Shown: positions 36,933 through 46,138 of the stretch, one piece after another
Position numbering within the stretch: position 1 is the stretch's first letter
Layout of the letters: the number at the start of each line of letters is the position of its first letter
Sequence record: LC727698.1
DNA: 64,000 nucleotides
Strand: one strand, 5' to 3'
Notes under the pieces: generated by a model
What the model was told of the DNA's origin: nothing
What the model saw: the letters and a program-made list of their open reading frames with translations, nothing else
Database searches by the model: none
Translations under genes and position numbers: made by a program

Positions 36933-38447
36933 ATGTTTAATATTAATGACATTCTGCGTCTAGCAGGAGTTCAGGCAGTTAAAGAATCAGAAATATGCGA
37001 TGATAAAGACTGCACTGATGCCGAATGCCCTGTGCATGGCAAAGACAAAGTAGAAGAAACTGCATCTGCAGGCGCATCATCGGCAGGCGGAATAGCTTCT
37101 GTTGCAAAACCATTTACTGAAGATGACGACGATAGTTATGATTGGTTGGCAGCCCAACAACGTCGTTCTCGTCAATATCGCCCGGGTGAATTTGAATTCG
37201 ACGAAGTTAATATATTAGATGAAGAAAAGGATGAAGATGGAAATAGAATTTTCCACACATTTAAATCTTGGGTCCGCGCATGTAAAGCATTAAAACCTGG
37301 TGTTAGATTTGAGGGTGACGAAGACATATGTCAGGCGTTCGGCTGCGGCGAATGGGATGGAGAAACCGGATATATTTCTAAAGATGCTCCGTATCCTACT
37401 AAATGGGATAATTCAGTTAATGAAGATTCTGCGTTTGATGAATTAGCAGGAACTGCAGATGATTATTCTGATGATATTTCATTTGGCATAGATGATAACG
37501 ATGACGTTACACATTACAGAAATAACTTTGAAGTAACTGATGTCGATGATATGATACAAGATATACTTGCATATAGTGATATATATAGGGATCAGGCAAA
37601 ACTAGAAACTTTACCATATGCAGTTATAAAGCGAATTCACGATAAAGTTATGGGTGAAACATTCGAATCTACTTTAGATGAAATATCTAAATTGGCTGGA
37701 ATATCTAATGTAGAAGAAAGTGTGCATGATATGGATATTCCTAAGACCGGATATGCATTTAATGATCCTAAAAAAGACCCGACATTAGATGATGATTACA
37801 AAGCTGTTTCTTTAGAAGAATTAGAGAATGCATATAGAATTCTTAAAAACGCAGGTCTTAATGTATCTGCAGAAGAAATAAAAGCAGTAATAGATAGAAG
37901 AAAAAATGTGTCAGAAGCATCGCCCAATTTAGATAAAGCAGCTAGTGATTATACTTTAAAAAATTTCGGTGACTTCGATAACGACGACGAAGACGACGAA
38001 GACGACGAAGACGACGAAGACCTAAATGATTTAGAAAATTCGGAAGATTTTGAAGATATACCTGTAGATTTCGATATAGATCTCGGACCCGGAACAGTCG
38101 GGAGCGAAGTTGCTAATTCAGTAGATGATATTGCAGAAATTATAGCAGATATATTGATGACTAGTAACAAGTATAATAGCGAGCAAGAATTAGTCAATAT
38201 GCCAATTCAGAGACTCCGTGCTATACATAAATCATTAATGGACGAAGGTGCAGTCACTTCAATAAATACTAATACAGTAGATGCTAACGACTATTTCCCT
38301 AACGGATATGATGGAAATGTAGTAGGCGCCGCCGGACCGTCTAGTGCAAAATCTGGCGATAATGCTTTACAAAAAGCATTTGCATCCGAGAGTATAGATG
38401 ATATAAGAGCGTCGTTGCATGAAGCCCTTAATAAATTTAAAGGTTAA
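36933..38447 (+). CDS. Highly acidic putative prohead core / internal protein (504 aa)
   Basis: SD AGGAG; Asp/Glu-rich; ETASAGASSAGGIASV motif; two copies of a ~38-aa helical module. Confidence 0.6.
   Translation: MFNINDILRLAGVQAVKESEICDDKDCTDAECPVHGKDKVEETASAGASSAGGIASVAKPFTEDDDDSYDWLAAQQRRSRQYRPGEFEFDEVNILDEEKDEDGNRIFHTFKSWVRACKALKPGVRFEGDEDICQAFGCGEWDGETGYISKDAPYPTKWDNSVNEDSAFDELAGTADDYSDDISFGIDDNDDVTHYRNNFEVTDVDDMIQDILAYSDIYRDQAKLETLPYAVIKRIHDKVMGETFESTLDEISKLAGISNVEESVHDMDIPKTGYAFNDPKKDPTLDDDYKAVSLEELENAYRILKNAGLNVSAEEIKAVIDRRKNVSEASPNLDKAASDYTLKNFGDFDNDDEDDEDDEDDEDLNDLENSEDFEDIPVDFDIDLGPGTVGSEVANSVDDIAEIIADILMTSNKYNSEQELVNMPIQRLRAIHKSLMDEGAVTSINTNTVDANDYFPNGYDGNVVGAAGPSSAKSGDNALQKAFASESIDDIRASLHEALNKFKG
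37983..38018 (+). repeat. (GACGACGAA)x4 in-frame microsatellite encoding (DDE)4
   Basis: Perfect 9-bp tandem repeat. Confidence 0.95.
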
Positions 38448-38461
38448 TATTATGTTAAGGA

Positions 38462-38490
38462 AATAAAAGGGTGTTATGCACCCTTTTATT
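38462..38490 (+). terminator. Intrinsic terminator before the terminase
   Basis: AATAAAAGGGTG-TTATG-CACCCTTTTATT followed by T-rich sequence. Confidence 0.75.
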
Positions 38491-38502
38491 TTTTATTTAG
38501 AT

Positions 38503-40071
38503 ATGGCAGCAGAAGATTATTTAATTAAAAAGGCTTTTAAAAAGGTCTTATACACAGACAAACAGATAGAAGAATTAAAAAAATGCATGGATCCTATAAA
38601 TGGTCCTATGTATTTTATGACAAATTTTGTCTACATTCAGCATCCTACAAAAGGTCGTCTGTTATTTAAACCGTTTCCATATCAAGTAGGTTTATTAGAA
38701 GCATTTCACAATTATAGATATTCTATAGCTATGCTAGGAAGGCAGCTAGGTAAATCTACTGTAGCTGGATCTTATTTACTATGGTACGCAATGTTCGTAC
38801 CTGATAGTTTTATTTTAGTTGCATCGAAAACAGGCGGCGACGCCAAAGAGATCATGGGTCGAATTAGGTTTGCATATGAAAGTTTGCCAGATCATATTAG
38901 GGCAGGTGCAATTACTTATAATAAACACAGTATAGAATTTGATAACGGATCTAAGATTAAATCAACTACTACTACCGAAAATACAGGTAGGGGAATGTCT
39001 ATTTCGCTAGTATATTTAGATGAAATGGCATTCGTGCCGTACAATGTGGCTATAGAAATGTGGACTTCTCTATCACCTACATTATCCACTGGCGGTAAAT
39101 GTATAATAACTTCTACGCCTAATACCGACGAGGATTTGTTTGCCGATATATGGCATAATGCAAACAAATTAACTGACGAATACGGAAATGAACGAAAAAT
39201 AGGTGCTAATGGATTTAAGCCGTTTAAAGCTACTTGGAAAGATCATCCTGACAGAGATGAAAATTGGGCAACAATAGAGCGTGAAAAGATAGGGGAAGAA
39301 AGATTTCGTAGAGAACACGAAGTGGAGTTTATTTCTTTTGAAGAAACTCTTATAAATTCTATAAAATTAAATCAATTAGAATCTAAAACTCCTATAAGAA
39401 AAACAGGCCAAGTCCGTTGGTATGAAGAAATAAAGCCGACAAATACATATGTTGTTGGATTAGATCCATCTATGGGAGCCGGCGGCGACAATGCTGCAAT
39501 ACAAGTGTTAGAATTACCTACAATGAAACAAGTAGCTGAGTGGCAGCACAACAGAACACCAGTCGAAGGTCAAGTTAGGCTGTTAAATGAAATACTTACA
39601 GAAATACAAAACGCAGGTGTAGTAGAATTATATTGGTCGTTGGAATCTAATAATTTAGGAGAAGCTGCATTAGTAGTAATACGTGATACAGGAGAAGAAT
39701 ATTTTCCTGGGACATTTTTGCATGATCCTGTAAAACAAGCAGGGGCGAATAGTCGTAAAAGACAAGGTTTTCTTACTACTAATCGGACAAAAATAGAAGC
39801 ATGTTCTAGATTGAAATCCTTAATAGAAAATAATAAAATAAAAATATCATCTTCTGCATTGATTAGTGAATTAAAGAATTATGTACACAGAGGATCTACG
39901 TTTGAAGCTCGACCAGGAACTACAGACGATTTAGTGTCTGCACTTATATTAACACTAAGGATGACTCAGTTTATTGCATTATGGGATGATAATACAAATG
40001 GTGCAATCAGTGCAAGTATAGAAGTTGTCGATGAGGATGATGATAGTATGCCCATGCCTTTCTTATTTTAA
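38503..40071 (+). CDS. gp17: Terminase large subunit
   Basis: GPMYFMTNFV.I.HP..G, Walker A GRQLGKST, Walker B LVYLDE, RNase H-like VGLDPS.G.G.D, DDLVSAL. Confidence 0.95.
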   Translation: MAAEDYLIKKAFKKVLYTDKQIEELKKCMDPINGPMYFMTNFVYIQHPTKGRLLFKPFPYQVGLLEAFHNYRYSIAMLGRQLGKSTVAGSYLLWYAMFVPDSFILVASKTGGDAKEIMGRIRFAYESLPDHIRAGAITYNKHSIEFDNGSKIKSTTTTENTGRGMSISLVYLDEMAFVPYNVAIEMWTSLSPTLSTGGKCIITSTPNTDEDLFADIWHNANKLTDEYGNERKIGANGFKPFKATWKDHPDRDENWATIEREKIGEERFRREHEVEFISFEETLINSIKLNQLESKTPIRKTGQVRWYEEIKPTNTYVVGLDPSMGAGGDNAAIQVLELPTMKQVAEWQHNRTPVEGQVRLLNEILTEIQNAGVVELYWSLESNNLGEAALVVIRDTGEEYFPGTFLHDPVKQAGANSRKRQGFLTTNRTKIEACSRLKSLIENNKIKISSSALISELKNYVHRGSTFEARPGTTDDLVSALILTLRMTQFIALWDDNTNGAISASIEVVDEDDDSMPMPFLF

Positions 40072-40102
40072 ACTAAATATAATTAAATTGGATTTAGATT
40101 TA

Positions 40103-41593
40103 ATGAAACTATTTGAAGTCTTTACTTTATATGAAGATAAAGCAGAACTGATTGTGAAAAATCAGGGACCCAAACTCCTTACTGCTGCTAAAAATTATGG
40201 ATCGAATATTCGTACGGCTGAAGAAATAATGAATGTTCTTAAGAGTGCAGATCCCACATCTAATCAGAAATACTTGCAGTGGATTACTAATAGATTTATT
40301 GCAGGTGAATTTAGATTAGAAGATACTAATAGAATAAGGGCAGATCTTATATCATTCGAGAGATATAAACGTGTTTTACCGAAAAAAGATATAAATCAGT
40401 ATAAAACACTAGGAGAATTGTATGCAGTAATTGACCCATTAAATGACGCAGCAACAGGCAACGATCTGATCGGTGTATCTAATAAACAAGTTAAAAAGCA
40501 TGCATATAATGCCAAACGCCAAGAATTAATTTCGTCTGGTCAGGCAGATGTAATTTATAAAGGCCAAGAAGGAATGCTAGTTAATCCCAAAACAGAAGAT
40601 GCAGCAATATTCTTTGGTCAAGGAACTAGGTGGTGTACCGCAGCAACTAGTAGTGATAATATGTTTAGTCACTACCATAGTCAGGGACCGTTATATACTT
40701 GGTTAGGTTCTGATGGATTCAAAGCACAATTCCATTTAGAAACTAATCAATGGATGGATTCAAAAGACGAGCCTTTAGACAACGATCAAATGTCTAAGCT
40801 ATTGTCAATTCCTATAATTAAAAAATTGTACGACGACGGTATAATTAAATCTGAGAAATCGCTTGTTGGAGATCGCAGCGGCTTCGATGACGAATATGAT
40901 AATAGACTATCGGATGACTATTATTTCGACATGTGGGCTGATCGAAAATACCGTATTAAACAACATATTGAGAAACACGGCATGTCTGAGAATTTAATAG
41001 ATACACTTTCTGTTAAAGATCCTTTATTACCGTTGTTTGTTTTACCAGAATACTCAAAATACCCTGCGTCGAAATCACTCGATGATTATTTTTTAAAATT
41101 ATCCAAATTAGAACCGCTTGACCAATATAAAGAGATAAATGGGTATTTTGAAAGTGATATGTTACTTCGATTAACTAGATACCTTGAAGATTCTACAGGG
41201 TCTCATTCTAAATCTTTAGATGATGCTGGATTTAATTTTGTTCGTCGATTACTGGACATAGGCGGAAAGGATTTTGATTTAATAATATCGAACTATCTAA
41301 AACATGTAGCTGAGAATTCTAAAACAAAACAATACCTTCTGTCTAATCTTCCGTTAGCTGTTGAGATTGCTAATTCGATTGAATGGCCGGAACTTATGAC
41401 AGCAATTGAGCATGAGCTTAGCAATGCTAAAACACCAAAAGAAGAGAACGATGCAATAAAACTAGGCAGTGAGTTAATGTTTAAATCTAATAGCCTGCCT
41501 GTATCTAAATGGTTTATTAATTTACTTAAAACTACAGATGCAGGTAAACGATACTTATCATCATTACCTGAGTATGACAACACAAAACAATAA
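40103..41593 (+). CDS. Hypothetical protein with a G.GTRWCT motif
   Basis: ATG 40103 (MKLFEVF); ADPT...KYLQWI, KKDINQYK, AA..FGQGTRWCTA...NMF..Y...GPLY. Confidence 0.7.
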   Translation: MKLFEVFTLYEDKAELIVKNQGPKLLTAAKNYGSNIRTAEEIMNVLKSADPTSNQKYLQWITNRFIAGEFRLEDTNRIRADLISFERYKRVLPKKDINQYKTLGELYAVIDPLNDAATGNDLIGVSNKQVKKHAYNAKRQELISSGQADVIYKGQEGMLVNPKTEDAAIFFGQGTRWCTAATSSDNMFSHYHSQGPLYTWLGSDGFKAQFHLETNQWMDSKDEPLDNDQMSKLLSIPIIKKLYDDGIIKSEKSLVGDRSGFDDEYDNRLSDDYYFDMWADRKYRIKQHIEKHGMSENLIDTLSVKDPLLPLFVLPEYSKYPASKSLDDYFLKLSKLEPLDQYKEINGYFESDMLLRLTRYLEDSTGSHSKSLDDAGFNFVRRLLDIGGKDFDLIISNYLKHVAENSKTKQYLLSNLPLAVEIANSIEWPELMTAIEHELSNAKTPKEENDAIKLGSELMFKSNSLPVSKWFINLLKTTDAGKRYLSSLPEYDNTKQ

Positions 41594-41621
41594 ATACAAC
41601 TAAAGTTTTGAGGTAAGAATT

Positions 41622-43112
41622 TTGATTAATTATAACAGAACTGCTAAAAAAATATTTTCTGTATTAAAAGGGCACAGCTATCGGGTAAAAATGTATGACC
41701 TAACAGGCAATGAAGTGATAGACCCGGAAAAAGCTCGTCGATTTTATGTTCAATATCCGAACATGATGATAACACTAGATGAAGACACTGGTGAAATTCG
41801 TATGAGCAAAAACAATAATATTTCTTTAACTGAATACGAAAGCACATTAGTTCAGTTAAAGAACATAGCAGTGCATTACATGCTAAATTTTACCTTGAAA
41901 GACTTCGGGAGAGAAATAACACCGAGGGATTTTGCATACCAAGCAAAAGTTAAAAAGGAAAAAGAAATGTCTAACGGATCTGTATCTGAATCTATATCTC
42001 CTCTAGCTGGTTCTAGAAAAACAAGTTATCAAACAATAGAAAATGTTAAAATACATGTAAAGCATAAGACACATGTCGACGAAGAGATTAGGGGAGCTCG
42101 TTCTAGAAATATTTCTGCAATTTTTATAGAACACTCGGGAGAAAGGTTTCGTTTTCCTCACAATAATTTAGTTGGTGCCCGCGCCATGGCAAGACATATA
42201 CAGCAAGGCGGTAATCAATACGATTCGATCGGTTCTTATATAATAGAAAGCTGTGCTAACTATACTAAGTTAAGAGAATTTATGAGATATATTCGTTCTA
42301 ATAATCTTATAACAGAAGATAGCAACGATGTTATTGCTAATATTAAGGAAAGCATAGATAGTATAGCTACAGATTTAAAACGTCTATCCGGTGTAAATAC
42401 TTACGGTATAGTAAAATCTAGGATCGAAGAAACGGAAGAAACAGAATGCGATGTATCTGATGTAGATAAGTTTAAGGATATGTTTACTATTCGTAAGTTT
42501 GACGATAAGTTTACTGATGTTCTTCCTATAGTGAGTAAACTCGTTAAGGAAAAACAATCATATTTAAAGAAAATAGAAGAAGCAGTTTCTAAACAAATTT
42601 ATATAGAGTCTATGCCTATTTTAGAAACTAATGCTATAATATATGAAAATCCTAATATTAAGTTAGGACATAGCTTACAAGAACTTAGTTCTAGAATATT
42701 AGAAAATACATTATTAGCTAATTATATTTCGTCGATGGGATCTAAGCTAATAAAAGAAAATACTTTAAATAAATTCGAATGTTCTATAATCAAATCATTT
42801 TTTGAAAACGTTAGTGTTAAAAAAGCAAATACTAATCAAACTAATGGGTTATTTGCAGAATCGATCAACGAATTTGGAATAAATATTCCTGACTTCCCGG
42901 ATAATAACCCCTTTAATAAAAATAAAGACAACAAATACAGTAATTCAGATTTAGATAAACACGCATCTGATCAAAAAGTAGATGCAAATGACACTGTCTC
43001 TAAAATTGATTTTATTATAAGCAATAGCCACGGAAGATATAATGACAGAGAAAAATTACTAAAATTGCCAGATGATGTTATTAACAGAATATATTCCAAA
43101 ATTGCTAAATAA
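41622..43112 (+). CDS. Hypothetical late / virion protein (496 aa)
   Basis: AATAAATA at 41589-41596, SD GAGGT, TTG start; GARSRNI..IFIE..GERFRFP.NNL.GARAMARH motif. Confidence 0.7.
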   Translation: MINYNRTAKKIFSVLKGHSYRVKMYDLTGNEVIDPEKARRFYVQYPNMMITLDEDTGEIRMSKNNNISLTEYESTLVQLKNIAVHYMLNFTLKDFGREITPRDFAYQAKVKKEKEMSNGSVSESISPLAGSRKTSYQTIENVKIHVKHKTHVDEEIRGARSRNISAIFIEHSGERFRFPHNNLVGARAMARHIQQGGNQYDSIGSYIIESCANYTKLREFMRYIRSNNLITEDSNDVIANIKESIDSIATDLKRLSGVNTYGIVKSRIEETEETECDVSDVDKFKDMFTIRKFDDKFTDVLPIVSKLVKEKQSYLKKIEEAVSKQIYIESMPILETNAIIYENPNIKLGHSLQELSSRILENTLLANYISSMGSKLIKENTLNKFECSIIKSFFENVSVKKANTNQTNGLFAESINEFGINIPDFPDNNPFNKNKDNKYSNSDLDKHASDQKVDANDTVSKIDFIISNSHGRYNDREKLLKLPDDVINRIYSKIAK

Positions 43113-43192
43113 AATTATTATCAAGATCATTGAACTGGATTCGAAATAAAATTAATTCTGTATACTTTGCATATTACACTAAAAATAAATGG

Positions 43193-43221
43193 TTGACAAA
43201 TAGATAACTGCATTATATAAT
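43193..43221 (+). promoter_or_regulatory. Consensus sigma70 promoter of the ssDNA-binding protein gene
   Basis: TTGACA-17 nt-TATAAT. Confidence 0.85.
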
Positions 43222-43234
43222 TACACCATAACTT

Positions 43235-43278
43235 AGTTTTGCAGCTAACCCGAGCAAAACTGTATTAAAAGGGTTTAG
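43235..43278 (+). promoter_or_regulatory. H-type pseudoknot in the gp32 leader (putative autoregulatory operator)
   Basis: Stem 1 AGTTTTGC(43235-42)/GCAAAACT(43254-61); loop AACCC(43247-51) pairs with GGGTT(43271-75); followed by an A/T-rich tract up to the ATG. Confidence 0.65.
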
Positions 43279-43310
43279 GATAAAATAAAAAATATTAAGG
43301 ATAATTCATT

Positions 43311-44297
43311 ATGGCTTCTCTTGCTGAACTACGTCAAAAATTAAAAGATCAAGAAACAAAACGTGGCACAAAATCATCTGGCAGTGCAGATAAAAGTAAT
43401 TTCCCATTCTGGGACATGAATGAAAACGACAGTGCTACTGTAAGATTTCTTCCTGATGCAAACACTGATAATACCTTTTTCTGGGTAGAAAAACAACAAA
43501 TTAAAATTCCATTTAGTGGCATTGTAGGTATGAATAGTAAACCTACAGTTGTTACTGTACCGTGTGTAGAAATGTGGGGGGAATCTTGCCCTATTCATCA
43601 AGAAATCCGTCCATGGTTTAAAGATTCTTCGTTAGAGAAATTAGCGCGTACTTATTGGAAGAAACGTTCTTATATTTTCCAAGGACTTGTACGTAAGTCA
43701 CCTCTTGTAGAACAAGAACTACCAGAGAATCCTATTCGCAAATTTACATTCGGAAGTCAGATTTTTAATCTAGTTAAATCGTCTCTATTAGACCCCGAAA
43801 TGGAAAACATTCCCACTGATTATTTAAATGGTACTGATTTCCAGATAACTAAATTAATGAAGGGCCAATATGCCGATTACGCTACATCTAAATGGGCAAG
43901 GAAAGAATCTTCGTTAACTGAAGAAGAATTCCAGGCAATCCAAACATATGGTCTGTATGATTTAAGTAAATTTTTACCTGCTAAACCTGATGCAGAAGCA
44001 TTAGCTGCTATATTCGAGATGTTCGAAGAATCGGTAGAAGGTAAAGAATATGATCCGCAGCGTTGGGGGAAATACTATCGCCCGTACGGGGTTGAAGTTC
44101 CTACTAATACTTCCGTGAGTGTACCTGTATCTAAGCCAGAACCTAAGACTACGGTATCTAGTTCTTCAGTTATAGAAGACGATAACGATGATCTTCCTTG
44201 GGAAGATACTACTAAACCTGTAGAGCCTGCCAAATCTGCTTCTAATGCGCAAGATATAATTGCGCTCATCCGCGCCCGCCAAAACAGCGGCAACTAA
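43311..44297 (+). CDS. gp32: Single-stranded DNA-binding protein, T4 gp32-like
   Basis: MASLAELRQKL, ATVRFLPD, VPC.EM.G..CPI, YWKKRSY, DY.NG.DF, acidic C-terminal tail. Confidence 0.9.
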   Translation: MASLAELRQKLKDQETKRGTKSSGSADKSNFPFWDMNENDSATVRFLPDANTDNTFFWVEKQQIKIPFSGIVGMNSKPTVVTVPCVEMWGESCPIHQEIRPWFKDSSLEKLARTYWKKRSYIFQGLVRKSPLVEQELPENPIRKFTFGSQIFNLVKSSLLDPEMENIPTDYLNGTDFQITKLMKGQYADYATSKWARKESSLTEEEFQAIQTYGLYDLSKFLPAKPDAEALAAIFEMFEESVEGKEYDPQRWGKYYRPYGVEVPTNTSVSVPVSKPEPKTTVSSSSVIEDDNDDLPWEDTTKPVEPAKSASNAQDIIALIRARQNSGN

Positions 44298-44301
44298 ATA
44301 G

Positions 44302-44330
44302 AGAGAGGGGATCGCTGATCCCCTCTCTTT
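44302..44330 (+). terminator. Intrinsic terminator after gp32
   Basis: AGAGAGGGGATC-GCT-GATCCCCTCTCT followed by TT. Confidence 0.8.
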
Positions 44331-44403
44331 AATATAACCTAAAATAGCCAAAAAGTACAACTACAATGTTGGAAGGACGGCAGTATTATAAAAAGGACAT
44401 TTT

Positions 44404-44649
44404 ATGACAAAACCATTCGATATTTCTAAATTTAGAAAAGATATTACCAAAAGTATCACTGGCATTAGTACAGGATTTAATGACCCAACTATTTGGATTA
44501 GTACCGGCAACTATACTCTTAATTATCTCATTAGTAGCGACTTTAATAAAGGCGTACCTATGGGTAAAGTAACTATGTTTGCTGGCGAGTCGGGTTGTTT
44601 GCCTGAAACTGCTAAAGTGAAAATTAGACTATCTAAGAAGCAATCTTAA
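44404..44649 (+). CDS. uvsX: UvsX/RecA N-terminal fragment (64 aa) fused to a 17-aa split-intein N-part
   Basis: WISTGNYTLNYLIS...GVPMGKVTMFAGESG then CLPETAKVKIRLSKKQS (intein block A) and stop. Confidence 0.9.
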   Translation: MTKPFDISKFRKDITKSITGISTGFNDPTIWISTGNYTLNYLISSDFNKGVPMGKVTMFAGESGCLPETAKVKIRLSKKQS

Positions 44650-44658
44650 CTGTCCAGT

Positions 44659-44698
44659 GTCTCCGTCGAGGATAAATACTTTTATCTAAAACGGAGAC
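44659..44698 (+). promoter_or_regulatory. RBS-sequestering hairpin containing a late promoter
   Basis: GTCTCCGT(44659-66)/ACGGAGAC(44691-98) occludes GGAG; inner GATAAA/TTTATC stem overlaps GATAAATA (44671-78). Confidence 0.75.
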
Positions 44699-44701
44699 TT
44701 T

Positions 44702-46135
44702 ATGGGAAATTACAATGTTCTTTCTACAAAAAACTTTAAGAAGCTATGTAATGAGTTAAACATAGTAACGATATCAGAAAAGTACATTTCTGATATACGT
44801 AAGATAGAAGATTCTGCTAAGAGCAAAGTGGATTCTGCATCTCAGCGTATGATATTAACTATGATAACTGTGAAAGTTCCCGACTTATATGATGCATATA
44901 ACAGATACTATCAGCTCAGAACAGATGGTATTAGTACAAAAACTCAAGACAGTATTTCTTATATTTTTGGAAAAGACTTCCTCGAATCTGTTAATTTACT
45001 AATCAGTAATAGATATAAAACTGCATTCCGTAAAGGAATGACAGTGGAAGAGGCATTTATAACACGTAATAAAGACTTTTCCAATAATGGTGTGTATTAT
45101 AACCAGATGACTGATAAGCAAAAGAAACGTTTATCATTATTGCTTAGTGTGTATACACCAGAAAGGTTGGAGTTTTATAAAAAGACAATTTCGTTTTTTA
45201 TTAAGTTAGATTTGACTAATTATGCAGGAAGAATGAAAAGACTGATGAAACTGGGATCTAGTACGTCTTTATATGCTAGCGTATTACGGTATGGTAAATC
45301 TGTCGGAAAAAGCACACATTCATCTGTATCTGCGGTAAAGAGAAACTATTTGCCTACTTCGATACAATATTGGATGGCAAAGGGGTTTGATGAAGATACT
45401 GCATTAGTGAAGATAAACGAACATCAACAGAAAGCAAGTGCCATGTCTTCCAAAAAACTAAAAGGCACTAGCGAATACTCTGTTCGATCAGTTGCATATT
45501 GGATTAAAAACGGGTATAGCGAAGAAGAGGCAAAAGGGAAAGTATCTAATATACAGAATACTTGGAAAAATGTATCTCAAGAAGAGCGTGATCGAAGAAT
45601 AGAATCGTGGATGACTACAATGAGTCTTAAAACAGACGAGGAGAAATCTTTGATAAACCTTAAAAAAACTCACAGCCCGGAAGGGATAATGGCAAGGACA
45701 AATTGCGATTATGATATTGCATTTAAGCAAAGCGTTGATTTTTTTAAGAAACGAAATAATTCTTCTAAAGTATCTCAAGAACTATTTTGGGGAATTGCCG
45801 AGGATATCGATACCGATGGAGTTTACTTTTCTGAACTAAACTACGAATACCCTGTTATGGGGAAAATAGTAGATTTCTATGATTCTAAAAGCAAAACAGT
45901 AATCGAATTTTATGGAAACTTTTGGCATGCAGATAGTACATATACTGATGACACACTGATATATGGAAAAACTGCTAAAGAAATAAGAGAATCGGACATT
46001 TACAGAGAAACGTTAATTAGATCATCTGATTTGGTTAGTGATTTTATAGTAGTTTGGGAAAAGGACTTTAGGAAGAATCCGAAAGAAACAATTAAAAATT
46101 TAGTTAATATTTTAAATAATAAAAGGAAATTTTAA
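44702..46135 (+). CDS. Homing endonuclease, C-terminal Vsr-like domain
   Basis: Repeated YW..KG.....A motifs; SKVSQELF, VDFYD....VIEFYGNFWHA, IVVWEKDF. Confidence 0.8.
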   Translation: MGNYNVLSTKNFKKLCNELNIVTISEKYISDIRKIEDSAKSKVDSASQRMILTMITVKVPDLYDAYNRYYQLRTDGISTKTQDSISYIFGKDFLESVNLLISNRYKTAFRKGMTVEEAFITRNKDFSNNGVYYNQMTDKQKKRLSLLLSVYTPERLEFYKKTISFFIKLDLTNYAGRMKRLMKLGSSTSLYASVLRYGKSVGKSTHSSVSAVKRNYLPTSIQYWMAKGFDEDTALVKINEHQQKASAMSSKKLKGTSEYSVRSVAYWIKNGYSEEEAKGKVSNIQNTWKNVSQEERDRRIESWMTTMSLKTDEEKSLINLKKTHSPEGIMARTNCDYDIAFKQSVDFFKKRNNSSKVSQELFWGIAEDIDTDGVYFSELNYEYPVMGKIVDFYDSKSKTVIEFYGNFWHADSTYTDDTLIYGKTAKEIRESDIYRETLIRSSDLVSDFIVVWEKDFRKNPKETIKNLVNILNNKRKF

Positions 46136-46138
46136 TAA

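Noticed and set aside
37983-38018. (GACGACGAA)4 as a phase-variation switch
   Set aside because: The unit is a multiple of 3 within an acidic linker, so slippage would change only linker length.
44650-46138. Group I intron as the explanation for the split uvsX
   Set aside because: Only 52 nt precede and 3 nt follow the endonuclease ORF, leaving no room for a ribozyme core; both flanks carry complete intein motifs and their own start/stop signals.
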